Source: Selaginella moellendorffii (taxonomy: Eukaryota > Plantae > Lycopodiophyta). Taken from it: a DNA stretch of 64,000 nt. The notes below the pieces were generated by a model, which ran no database searches, was not told the DNA's origin, and saw nothing but the letters and a program-made list of their open reading frames with translations. The translations under genes were made by a program, and so were the position numbers. The stretch is from positions 868,214 to 932,213 of the forward strand of contig NW_003314302.1 of assembly GCF_000143415.4 (NCBI RefSeq), read 5' to 3'. Shown in pieces: positions 11,542-22,805 of this stretch; position 1 is the first letter of the stretch, and the number at the start of each line of letters is the position of its first letter.

Positions 11542-12533
11542 TGTAAGCTCCTGAGTTTGGACTTCCCGGGAGGTCACCCAGCCCAGTACTATTCAAACCC
11601 AAGGACGCTTAACCCAAATATCTCAAGACCCTTAACCGATTGGAAAAGGGGGTGCACTCTTGCTCATGGGCCCTTTCCCTCTATATTTAAACCCCAATGG
11701 ATCATCTTTCGAGTCGTTCCCTTTAGTTGTTTACAATCCACCACGCTTCCCTGCAAGTTCATGCCCTCGTGAACGGAAGCTGAGTGCCGCAGCTCTCCTG
11801 AGAGCCCCGCTCTCTTGACACCCTACCCCTCGGGTCGAGCCCAACGGGAGCAAACTGGACCAGCCAGATGTCAATCAACATGTGGTGCGATTCCCCTAGC
11901 CAACCAACAGAGTCGGACCTGAGACCTCTCTAATACCAAATGTAAGCTCCTGAGTTTGGACTTCCCGGGAGGTCACCCAGCCCAGTACTATTCAAACCCA
12001 AGGACGCTTAACCCAAATATCCCAAGACCCTTAACCGATTGGAAAAGGGGGTGCACTCTTGTTCATGGGCCCTTTCCCTCTATATTTAAACCCCAATGGA
12101 TCATCTTTCGAGTCGTTCCCTTTAGTTGTTTACAATCCACCACGCTTCCCTGCAAGTTCACGCCCTCGTGAACGGAAGCTGAGTGCCGCAGCTCTCCCGA
12201 GAGCCCGGCTCTCTTGACACCCTACCCCTCGGGTCGAGCCCAGCGGGAGCAAACTGGACCAGCCAGATGTCAATCAACATGTGGTGCGATTCCCCTAGCC
12301 AACCAACAGAGTCGGACCCGAGACCTCTCTAATACCAAATGTAAGCTCCTGAGTTTGGACTTCCCGGGAGGTCACCCAGCCCAGTACTATTCAAACCCAA
12401 GGACGCTTAACCCAAATATCCCAAGACCCTTAACCGATTGGAAAAGGGGGTGCACTCTTGTTCATGGGCCCTTTCCCTCTATATTTGAACCCCAATGGAT
12501 CGTCTTTCGAGTCGTTCCCTTTGGTTGCTTACA
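11542..12533 (-). mobile_element. Tandem-array Cassandra-like TRIM (3 LTRs, 2 internal domains) with 5S rRNA-derived LTRs
   Basis: 194-bp LTRs (TGTAA...TTACA) at 11542-11735, 11941-12134 and 12340-12533; period 399 bp. PBS TGGTATTAGAG on the minus strand. TSD CTCGA at 11537-11541 and 12534-12538, interrupting gag. Confidence 0.93.
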
Positions 12534-12741
12534 CTCGAAGCATGTTTTGGCGAGACGGATCGGGTTCGGGCTGCTACCACAAAGATGAGACGTCTCTCCC
12601 AGGGGTCTCGTTCTGCCTCAATCTACGCTGCAGAGTTCCAACTCCTTACCTTGGACACTCAGTGGGATGAGCGGGCCCTAATTGACCAATTTCGTTTTGG
12701 CCTCAACAACGGTGTCAAAGATTTGTTGCTCACCATGGAGG

Positions 12742-15700
12742 TGTAAGGGACTAAATTTTCCATTTGACTTTAGTCACTTAACCACACCTCTGACCACTTG
12801 GAGGAGTCTCATTGACAACCTCCATAAGTCCAACTCAGGACTTGGGGCTTGCTAGCCCCGAGAATGGCATCCATGCCACTCAACCTTAGCACTTGGTCCA
12901 AGTGCTCCACGTGTCCGATCCCATGATCGACACCCCAAGGTATCACCGACGTACCGGCCCGTTACGCTAAGGCCATGCCCATTTACCTTGGTCACACTGG
13001 TGGTCCAACACCACTTGCATCACCGTCTTGGCCCTCCAAGACTAGGCAAACCATCCGTGAGTGGTCATCTCAGATCCACTCCTTGGCATCCTTAGGATGC
13101 CCACCGACAAGGGGAATAGCCTTCCCCAATATCTCTCTGTCAATCCCCACTAAGTCCCTTTCTGCCCCTGGCCGTGTTTGCCAACACTGCCACTGGATCA
13201 AGACCCACAGGCCCGACCACTAAGTCCCACGGTCCTCTGGGACTTCCTCACCACACGACTGTGTCCTTGGTCACTACCCCAGAGGACTGCTCCTCTTCCT
13301 TTCCACAGTCTGGGCCTTTGGGACGACATTTCGGAACACCGTGGCCTTACACGAGCCACCTGGGTACTCTCTTCGCCTTCTGCCCTTGGGTGCTCTAGCC
13401 ATGGGCTTAGAGCGGGTTCTGTTGAGCTGAGGTATCCAAGTAGGTAGTGCCACCCACACTTGGACTAGGAGCATCGGCCAGTCGATCTCTCGGGGGAACT
13501 AGAGCCGGCTTTTGAACACTTCACCAAGCTACCCCGCTTGTCGGTCTGTGTTCACTCTAGTCTTGGACTTCCCAGTGGGCAGCTCATCACCCAACACTGG
13601 GTCTGGCCTTCCTGGGCCAAACTGGCCTTTCCTGGCCAAACTGGCCTTTCCTGGCCAAACTGGCTCCACTGCAGTCCTCCCCCTACTATACTTTTGGAGC
13701 TCACCAAACTGTAAGCAACCAAAGGGAATGACTTGAGAGACGATCCATGGGGTTCAAATATAGAGGGAAAGGGCCCATGAACAAGAGTGCACCCCCTTTT
13801 CCAATCGGTTAAGGGTCTTGGGATATTTGGAGTTAAGTGTCCTTGGGTTTGAATAGTACTGGGCTGGGTGACCTCCCGGGAAGTCCAAACTCAGGAGTTT
13901 AAACTTGGTATCGAAGCTGTTCCTTAGTCCGACTTTTATTGGTGCTCAAGTATATTACCACTAGTGTTGGCATCGGAAGGTCCGAGGAGTGGGCCTATCC
14001 TTGAGGAGTAGCAAGTTGGGAAGACATGGCTCTCCATTACAGTTCATGTGTGAACTTGTAGACGAGGTGGTGGATAGAAAAGGGCCAATAATGGAACGAC
14101 TTTGGGATCTTGGGAACAGTGCAAGGTTTTCCTCATTGAGTTGAGGATGTGATCCGGATGAGCATTTGTCTCAGCAAATTGGCTAAGGTTGTTGTGGTAA
14201 ACAACTAAAGTTGGGATCACGGGAAAGATAGAGACTCCAAAACAATAAAGGAGTCACAAGATTATCCTCATATAGTTGAGGTTGGTGCTCATGAATGTGA
14301 GACCAAAGGTAATGACTGTGGAAGGTCAAATACGGAAGAGGACTCAAGTCCTTGAAATGGTAGCCGGGGCTACCTTTAATAAATGCTAGAACAACCCAAG
14401 GAGTTGGGGGGTGTACTTAGAGATGAGTGGTATTCTCATCACATAGACAAGTAGTCCTAAGGGGCAAAAGTTGCCCCCAGAGAATAAAATCAAGTGTCGG
14501 AGTAACACTTGTGAAAATAGTCCTTTTGAGTAGGACAGGAATGCAAGAAGTGTATTCCAGTGAGCTAGTGCCTCACAAGTGGGACCTTACGGGTCTGTGG
14601 ATTAACCAAGTCCAAAACTGCTAGATGACTCAAGTAGAGTCAAGGGATGGTCCTAAAAGGACTGATGGAAGCATTTGGACTGAGGTGTGTTGTACCCCAC
14701 AAAGGATGGGGGGGGGATCATAGGATCCAAGGATGAGAACAGAGGGTATCTCATCGATGGCAAAATGTGCCATGCTAAAGTTATGGGAAAGGTGTTCCCA
14801 GAAGAAAACAACTTTGACAGAAAGTTGTGTGTGACCTCTATGGTGCAGTGCTAACGGATGGTTGGCATGAGAAAGGGCAGTGTTGGTCTTGGCAAAGACT
14901 TAGACACGAAGGGAAAGTGTTATAGAGGGAGGCTCGTGGAGCCGATGGTGTGGAGACACCAAATGTGCCAAGGTGTGATACCTTGAGGCTATGTTGGTGG
15001 GTTCATGAGAACCCCTTGCCAAAGGAATCCCAATGGAAATGGGAATGGCATAGCCTAAGCTGCAGAGCATGCAGTTGGAGTGCGGTGACCCAGATAATGA
15101 TGGAGGTGTGCAAGCACCAAGCAATGAGTTGTAGGACTTGACAACTATGAGGCAACTAAGCAAGAGGTGCAAAATAACTGGTTAAACGGGTAGAAGGTAG
15201 CTACCCAAGACTTCTAGTATAGGGAAGTCGGATATACCCTTACGGGGGATAAGTTGCTTATGTTGCGATATAGTAAGTCAATGTCATAAAAGGAAATACT
15301 CATTGTCAAGAAAGCCATCATTGGGACACCCGAACACTTTAGAACACCAGAAGGTGGTGTTTGATGTCGCGAGGGCAATGGATAAAGCCCAAGGGACTAG
15401 CGAATGATGGATAGAAGGTGCTATCCAAATGTCCAAGGTTGCGGAGACAGGAGAGGACTGTCTACCCAAGTTGGACAAAACCAAAAATGGAATTTTGGCA
15501 AGGCTAGTGATGGGCATGTAAAGGCCCATAAGCAACAATGTAATCCCAGTGTGTGGGATTATAAGGTGAGCATACCCGGATTGAGGAACCACTCCCTGGG
15601 CTATTGGGTAGGTTCATCCCTAAGGATACTTGCTAAGGCATGATAGAAAGTGCAAAGCTATCCTCCTGGTCTGGAGGAGAATGACTGAAGGAAAGGTGTG

Positions 15701-18700
15701 AAGCCAAAGGCAAGTAGTATTGGGATGGAACTGAACCATAGAAATCAAAAGACATATCCAACAATGGTTATGAAAGTTGGGAGTGGAGAATCAAGAGGGT
15801 GCTCGAGGATGTTGTTGCTAGCAACCGTGATGCCAGGGAGAGTCTAAAATATGGAATTGTCCATGTTAGACTATATGGCAACTATAAAGCTTGCGAAAGG
15901 GGAGGCCTTAGCAAGCTGAGGGACAGAGTTCCTTCAAGGTTCCCAAAGACGATTCTAGGTAGCGTAGTACCTAGAAAGGCCAAGTGTAAATGGTTCATGG
16001 AACGCGCGAAATCAGAGTGGCGCAGCAGAAGCGTGGTCTTGAAGCTTGCCATGAGGCAAGGTTATCAAGGTTAGGGAAGTAGTTCCCGAGTGTTCAAAGA
16101 GAGGGCTTTGAACGAAAGTCGATGGTCAAGGACTTTCACGCTTATGCAGGAACCATGTTACAATGGTCGGAGGACTTGCCAAGTGAGATTGGCACGTCGG
16201 GGGAACAAAGACCCTAGTTGAAGGTGATAACTTCAAAAAGGGTGGGCCATGGGGCCGAGCATGGAGGAGTCCATGCATGATCACAGACATGTCAAGTGAG
16301 AGGACTTGGCAGTGTGGAGGAACTAGGTTCCTAAGCTGTGATCTGTAGCGCGCTTTAAAAATAAGTTGGTGCACCGGCGTGGGGAGTCACGCCAGGCATC
16401 TTGTGTGATGCCGTCCGTAGATGCATATACGGAGGTTGGGTTCGAGTCCCGACCCTCTAGTGCTTGGGTTCGAGTCCCAAATCACTAGGGCGTGGTGATG
16501 GTTTGGAATATGAGGACACTCATATTTCGGTTGTCATGGACTCTCAGTGGGGAGACTGGTTTGGGCACACCGCCAAGCGAGGGATGCCTCGGAGTCGTGA
16601 TGCACGGTTAGATTGCTTAGTGTGAAAGCTCGGCATATCTAACTTGAACGCTTTGGTGCAAGTGGCACCAAGGTCGTGGTGAGTGAGATGGGGACACCTA
16701 ATCTCAGTTGCTATGAACCCTTGGCCGTAAGGGCTAGCTTGGGTGCACCGCCAAGTGTGGGGGATGCCCCCGGGGTTATAGTCAACAACTTGGAGGTCTA
16801 GAAGACCAAGTACCTCTTGGCAACTCTGTTAAGGTGCCAAGGTGAGATCACTAGGTGATCTTGTGGCCAGATAAGGACAAGGTCCTTGGTTGGCTAAGGA
16901 ATGAAGTTCCTGGTTCAAAATGTTGAAATTAAACTATTTAAGATGGTGTGGCTTGGTTGTGATGACCAAGTGGGAAGAGCACCTAAGGGAAATAAACTAT
17001 GTCCGTGAGATGGCATAGTGAGTCCGAGGAAAGTAGTCTCTATAAAAGACCCATGGGAGGGTCACGAAGTTGGGCCATGGATAGAGCCCATAGCAGAAGA
17101 TGCTAAAGAGACGTACTAGGGGTGAACATCCTCCGGACTTGGCAAAAAAGAGTCTTTGCTATGGAACCGAAAGGATACCTCAAAAATGGAGGTAGCGATC
17201 CGATGTTGCTGGGTGCAACAATCAAGGATAGGAGCAAAGGACTAGTGGCCAAGTTTGGGCCATGGAATTTAATGGAAGGGACCCAAATGGCAAAGTTAGC
17301 CAAGGAACACTAATGTGTTTGATGCTAACGGCTTGTGGGAAAGGAAGTGGACTTCCAAGGATGGATTCTTAAGTGCTCCAATTTGGCGAAGTAAAAGCTC
17401 CAAGTGAGGGAGCGGTAAGGTAGCCAAATGATAGGGCCATGGACAGCCCTAGCACAAAGTATGATAAATGGAACTTAGTGCCCAAGGTGGCACGAAATAG
17501 AAGAGAGGATGAGGGTGCCCTCAAGTAATGAACTTCCTAGGATAGGGAAGTGGAGTCGCACAATCTGTGCAATGCAAGGTGTTGGAGACACCTAGGAAAT
17601 TGACTTCCAAAAATCAAAAGAGTAAAAGTTCCAAGGTGCAAACATTCAATAGATGGAAATTGAGACTACTCAAGAAGGAGTAGTGGGATTGACTTAGAGA
17701 AGGGTCTCTAAGAGGTTTAGCGAGAACTAAACCAATAAAAGGAGAGAACCACTACATGTGGTCCAATCAGTCTCTAAGTTGGGGAGACTACCTTCCTTAG
17801 AGGATAGGCAAGGCATGGTGAGCCTTTGGTGTCAAACTATTGAGGCATATGCAAAAGGCATGGTGAGCCTTCAATGTCAAACCATTGACGAATATTGGCT
17901 AGGTGCCAAGGATGGAAATGGTAACACATGCGAGTGTTACTTTACAAAATGGTTTACCGTTCGATGAGGACATCGAACTTCGTCTATGGGTGGTGGAGTT
18001 GTGAGACACAAAATCCCTAGGCCCCAAAGTGGAGCCGGAAAGGGTGCCACGTGGTAGTGGCTGAAGCGAGAGCCAAACGAGCGTAACACTTTTGGACCAA
18101 AAGCTCCGACTTGAAAAGTCAAGAGCGGGAGTGGAACTCCCAAAGAAGTGCTCGAGGAACGAGCACGAAGCGAGCAAAAAGCGAGGCTCCAAAAAAGGAC
18201 CCAAAAGGACCAACACATGACACGTGGAAGTGTCCGAGATGGACTCGAGTTGGAGTCCGAAGTGGAGTCCGAGATCAACATGTGGTGCGATTCCCCTAGC
18301 CAACCAACAGAGTCGGACCCGAGACCTCTCTGATACCAAATGTAAGCTCCTGAGTTTGGACTTCCCGGGAGGTCACCCAGCCCAGTACTATTCAAACCCA
18401 AGGACGCTTAACTCCAAATATCCCAAGACCCTTAACCGATTGGAAAAGGGGGTGCACTCTTGTTCATGGGCCCTTTCCCTCTATATTTGAACCCCATGGA
18501 TCGTCTCTCAAGTCGTTTCCTTTGGTTGCTTATAGTTTGGTGAGCTCCAAAAGTATAGTAGGGGGAGGACTACAGTGGAGCCAGTTTGGCCAGGAAAGGC
18601 CAGTTTGGCCCAGGAAGGCCAGACCCAGTGTTGGGTGATGAGCTGCCCACTGGGAAGTCCAAGACTAGAGTGAACACAGACCGACAAGCGGGGTAGCTTG

Positions 18701-20254
18701 GTGAAGTGTTCAAAAGCCGGCTCTAGTTCCTCCGGGAGATCGACTGGCCGATGCTCCTAGTCCAAGTGTGGGTGGCACTACCTACTTGGATATTTGGTGT
18801 GGCTCAACGGAACCCGCTCTAAGCCCATGGCTAGAGCACCCAAGGGCAGAAGGCGAGGAGAGTACCCAGGTGGCTCGCGTAAGGCTACGGTGTTCCGAAA
18901 TGTCGTCCCAAAGGCCCAGACTGTGGAAAGGAAGAGGAGCAGTCCTCTGGGGTAGTGACCAAGGACACAGTCGTGTGGTGAGGAAGTCCCAGAGGACCGT
19001 GGGACTTAGTGGTCGGGCCTGTGGGTCTCGATCCAGTGGCAGTGTTGGCAAACACGGCCAAGGGCAGAAAGGGACTTAGTGGGGACTGACAGAGGGATAT
19101 TGGGGAAGGCTATTCCCCTTGTCGGTGGGCATCCTAAGGATGCCAAGGAGTGGATCTGAGATGACCACTCACGGATGGTTTGCCTAGTCTTGGAGGGCCA
19201 AGACGGTGATGCAAGTGGTGTTGGACCACCAGTGTGACCAAGGTAAATGGGCATGGCCTTAGCGTAACGGGCCGGTACGTCGGTGATACCTTGGGGTGTC
19301 GATCATGGGATCGGACACGTGGAGCACTTGGACCAAGTGCTAAGGTTGAGTGGCATGGATGCCATTCTCGGGGCTAGCAAGCCCCAAGTCCTGAGTTGGA
19401 CTTATGGAGGTTGTCAATGAGACTCCTCCAAGTGGTCAGAGGTGTGGTTAAGTGACTAAAGTCAAATGGAAAATTTAGTCCCTTACAACTTGGTATCGGA
19501 GCAGTCTCGGGTCCGACTCTATTGGTTGGCTAAGGGAATCACACCACATGTTGATTGACATCTGGCTGGTCCAGTTTGCTCCTACTGGGCTCGACCCGAG
19601 GGGTAGGGTGTCAAGAGAGCGGGGTTCTCGGGAGAGCTGCGGCTCTCAACTTCCGTTCACGAGGGCGTGAACTTGCAGGGAAGCGTGGTGGATTGTAAAC
19701 AACCAAAGGGAACGACTTGAGAGACGATCCATGGGGTTCAAATATAGAGGGAAAGGGCCCATGAACAAGAGTGCACCCCCTTTTCCAATCGGTTAAGGGT
19801 CTTGGGATATTTGGAGTTAAGCGTCCTTGGGTTTGAATAGTACTGGGCTGGGTGACCTCCCGGGAAGTCCAAACTCAGGAGTTTACACAAACCCCCAGGG
19901 TCTGGGAGACGAACGCTTTGGGCTTTCACCCTCTCAGACTCGGACTCGAGCTCGGACCCGGTCCCGGTCCCGGTCCCGGTCTCGGTCTTGACTTCGGACT
20001 CCATCTCGAATCCATCTCGGACACTTCCACGTGTCATGTGTTGGTCCTTTTGGGTCCCTTTTTGGAGCCTCGCTTTTTGCTCGCTTCGTGCTCGTTCCTC
20101 GAGCACTTCTTTGGGAGTTCCACTCCCGCTCTTGACTTTTCAAGTCGGAGCTTTTGGTCCAAACGTGTTATGCTCGTTTGGCTCTCGCTTCAGCCACTAC
20201 CACGTGGCACCCTTTCCGGCTCCACTTTGGGGCCTAGGGATTTTGTGTCTCACA
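12742..20254. mobile_element. Rearranged LARD-like LTR element ('X') with Cassandra-containing LTRs
   Basis: TG...CA ends with TSD GGAGG (12737-12741, 20255-20259) inside gag. ~1.15-kb inverted repeat (12742-13903 vs 18341-19487). PBS at 13906 and 19491, PPT at ~17986-17999. The ~4-kb internal region has no long ORF. Confidence 0.88.
19694..19887 (+). mobile_element. Cassandra-like LTR with 5S rRNA A-box/C-box segment (partner LTR at 13710-13903; duplicated CAAAC at 13705-13709 and 19888-19892)
   Basis: 19815-19870 AGTTAAGCGTCCTTGGGTTTGAATAGTACTGGGCTGGGTGACCTCCCGGGAAGTCC parallels plant 5S AGTTAAGCGTGCTTGGGCGAGAGTAGTACTAGGATGGGTGACCTCCTGGGAAGTCC. Confidence 0.9.
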
Positions 20255-20608
20255 GGAGGATCCCAAAGACTTGTTGGATGCCATCAACAAAGCTGTTCGA
20301 TGTGACAATCGTCTCTTTGAGCATCGTCAGGAAAGTCGCCGTGCCGCTGTTTTTCTGTCCCAGACTTAGGAATCCCAGCTTGAGTCTTTGGGGCACACTC
20401 CTGAACCTACTGCTCCGGTCCCGATGGATATTTCTGGTACTCCCCGACTCATCAAAGGGAAGTTGAGTCATGCTGAGAAGCAATGTCGAATATCTCATAA
20501 TCTTTGCCTCTACTATGCTGATCCTAATCACAAAGCAGCTATGTGTCCCAAGAAGCCTCCCCGACTACTCGAGTTCACTCTGCCTCAAAATCCACCTTTG
20601 TTGCAATT

Positions 20609-20657
20609 GGGAAACGACCATGTCCAAACAGAGTAGGAGCTGTCTGTTTGGACTCCC
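20609..20657 (+). promoter_or_regulatory. Programmed -1 ribosomal frameshift signal between gag and pol
   Basis: G_GGA_AAC heptamer at 20609-20615, 6-nt spacer, then an 11-bp stem GTCCAAACAGA/TCTGTTTGGAC. The pol ORF (20543) is in the -1 frame relative to gag (20388). Confidence 0.8.
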
Positions 20658-22517
20658 CAAATAAAAATCACTTTTCTTCTTTATCAAGCTCCTCACCACC
20701 TTTCATCAAAGCCACCACCAATACCCGCAACTTCCGCGTCCCATGTCTCCTTTCTTTCACCGGACAATCAGGACTCAAGGTTTTGGCGCTACTGGACTCG
20801 GGTGCAACTTCCTGCTTCATGGACATGGACTTTGCTGCCCGACATCATGTTCCTCTTTCTTCTACCATACGGGATCTGAGGGTTGAAGGCATCGGCGGGC
20901 ATTTTGTGTCTCCATCTTCTAGACTTAGGGAAATGTTGCCTGTTCGAGTACACATCGGGTCCACCGTCACCGATATCACCTTCAACATCATCAACAGCAA
21001 GTCCTCCTTTATGGTGCTTGGTCTTCCTTGGTTTCAACTACATCAGCCTCAGATCTGTTGGAAGGAATTACAACTCATCTCTCCCACATCACCATCTCCC
21101 ACGACTTCCCCTATTGTTCATCGAGTCCAAATCAGGAAAAGTTTCCTAAACTCAAATCGGGGTTCTGTTCTTGACTCTACGAAGTTTTCACCCTCTTCTT
21201 GTTCCTCTCTTCCATCTTACACTAGATAGTATCCTCGTCTCATCATTCCATTTAGTCGTACGCCTCCTCCTATCTCCACAATCACTATGAAAGAACTCCT
21301 TTATGAAGAACTTATTTTCCTTTTTGCTTTGCATGTTTCTCCTGTCAGTCTTCTTGAGAAGTATCATGATTTTGAGGATGTGTTTGATAAGAAAAAAGCT
21401 AGTGTACTGCCTTTTCATCAGCCTTATGACTGTCCTATTGATTTATAGGAAGGAGCATCACCTCCGTGGGGGCCTATCTACGGGTTATCCCCATCTGAGC
21501 TTAAGGCCCTCAAAGAGTACGTGGATGAGAACCTTGCCTCGGGGTACATTCAGCATTCACAGTCCCTGGCTGGAGCGCCTGTCTTCTTTGTCAAGAAGAA
21601 GGATGGGAGTTTGCGGCTAGTCATTGACTACTAAGGTTTGAACAAGGTGACTGTTCGGAACCGTTATCCGCTGCCCCTGATCTCGGACCTGTTGGAATGC
21701 CTCGGTGGTGCCCGCTTCTTCACCAAGATTGACCTTTGTGGAGCATACAACTTGGTCCGGATCCGGCCTGGTGATGAATGGAAGACTGCATTCTGAACCC
21801 GCTATGGCCACTTCGAGTACACTGTCATGCCATTTGGCTTGACAAATGCTCCAGCAGTTTTCCAACACATGGCGAATGACGTCTTTTGGGAGTTTCTTGA
21901 TTAGATGGTGATCGTCTACCTCGATAACATCCTTATCTACTCAAAAACTCAGGAGGAGCACGACGAACATGTACGCAAGGTGCTGGCGAAGTTGCGAGAA
22001 CACGGCCTATACGCGAAGCTTGAGAAATGTTCCTTTGATCAGCAGTCTGTGGAGTTCCTTGGGTACATTGTCACTCTTGAGGGTATCATGATGGATCCTG
22101 CCAAAGTCAAGACTATTCTCAAATGGGAGCCTCCACAATTAATGTCGGACGTTCAGGTTTTCCTTGGCTTCGCCAACTTCTACCGCAAATTCATTGATCA
22201 CTACTCTGACATTGTCCTTCCTCTCACGCATCTCACTCGCAAAGATGTTCCCTTCTCTTGGTTTGCTGCTGCCCAGCAGGCCTTCGACACACTCAAGGCG
22301 GCCTTTAGTTCTACTCCCGTCTTGATCCACGCTAATCCCTCACAACCTTTCTTCATCGAGGCTGACACCTCCGACTTTGCCATCAGTGCTGTGCTGTCTC
22401 AACTCGGAGCGGATCACGAACTTCATCCGATCTCTTTCCATTCTCGGAAATTCCAGCCTGCGAAGATCAATTACAAAATCCATGACAAGGAGCTCCTTGC
22501 CATCGTGGATTCCTTTG

Positions 22518-22805
22518 ATGCTTTATTTCGTTAAAGTGGGACTTATTCAGTAAAGTGGGACATTAATTAGCATGTGTCCACATGCCATTTCCTAGTACTT
22601 AATTAATATTTATTAATATTTCTATCAGTTTTTTAATTTATTTTTTTATATTTCACAATATTATAACACAAAATCATATGAAAAGTTTTTAATTTATAAA
22701 TTATAAAGCTAAAACTTCAATTTTTTATTGTTGTTATAAAAATGGCATGTGGCCACACACCATAAGTGGGATAATGAAAAGTTCCACTTTAACGAAATAA
22801 AGCAT
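22518..22805 (-). mobile_element. 288-bp MITE, non-autonomous relative of the Sola1-like element
   Basis: TIR ATGCTTTATTTCGTTAAAGTGG and 4-bp TSD TTTG. Removing it restores RNaseH DSFGEWHRFLEGA. Its subterminal sequences match the two ends of 36677-49998 in reverse orientation. Confidence 0.92.

Noticed and set aside
16437-16482. tRNA gene
   Set aside because: Only T-loop-like motifs; no cloverleaf or A-box could be built.
19815-19870. 5S rRNA gene
   Set aside because: Only the internal promoter part is present, embedded in TG...CA LTRs with PBS and PPT. It lacks the 5S 5' end and terminator.
13710-19887. Independent 6.2-kb giant Cassandra insertion with TSD CAAAC
   Set aside because: The same LTR-Cassandra junction recurs inverted at 18534/18535, so CAAAC more likely predates this insertion as part of the X LTR. 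Kept only as a less likely alternative.
11557-20466. Many repeated short ORFs (e.g. MDFPGGHPAQYY, MPIYLGHTGG)
   Set aside because: They are translations of repeated LTR or 5S-derived sequence, with no protein motifs.
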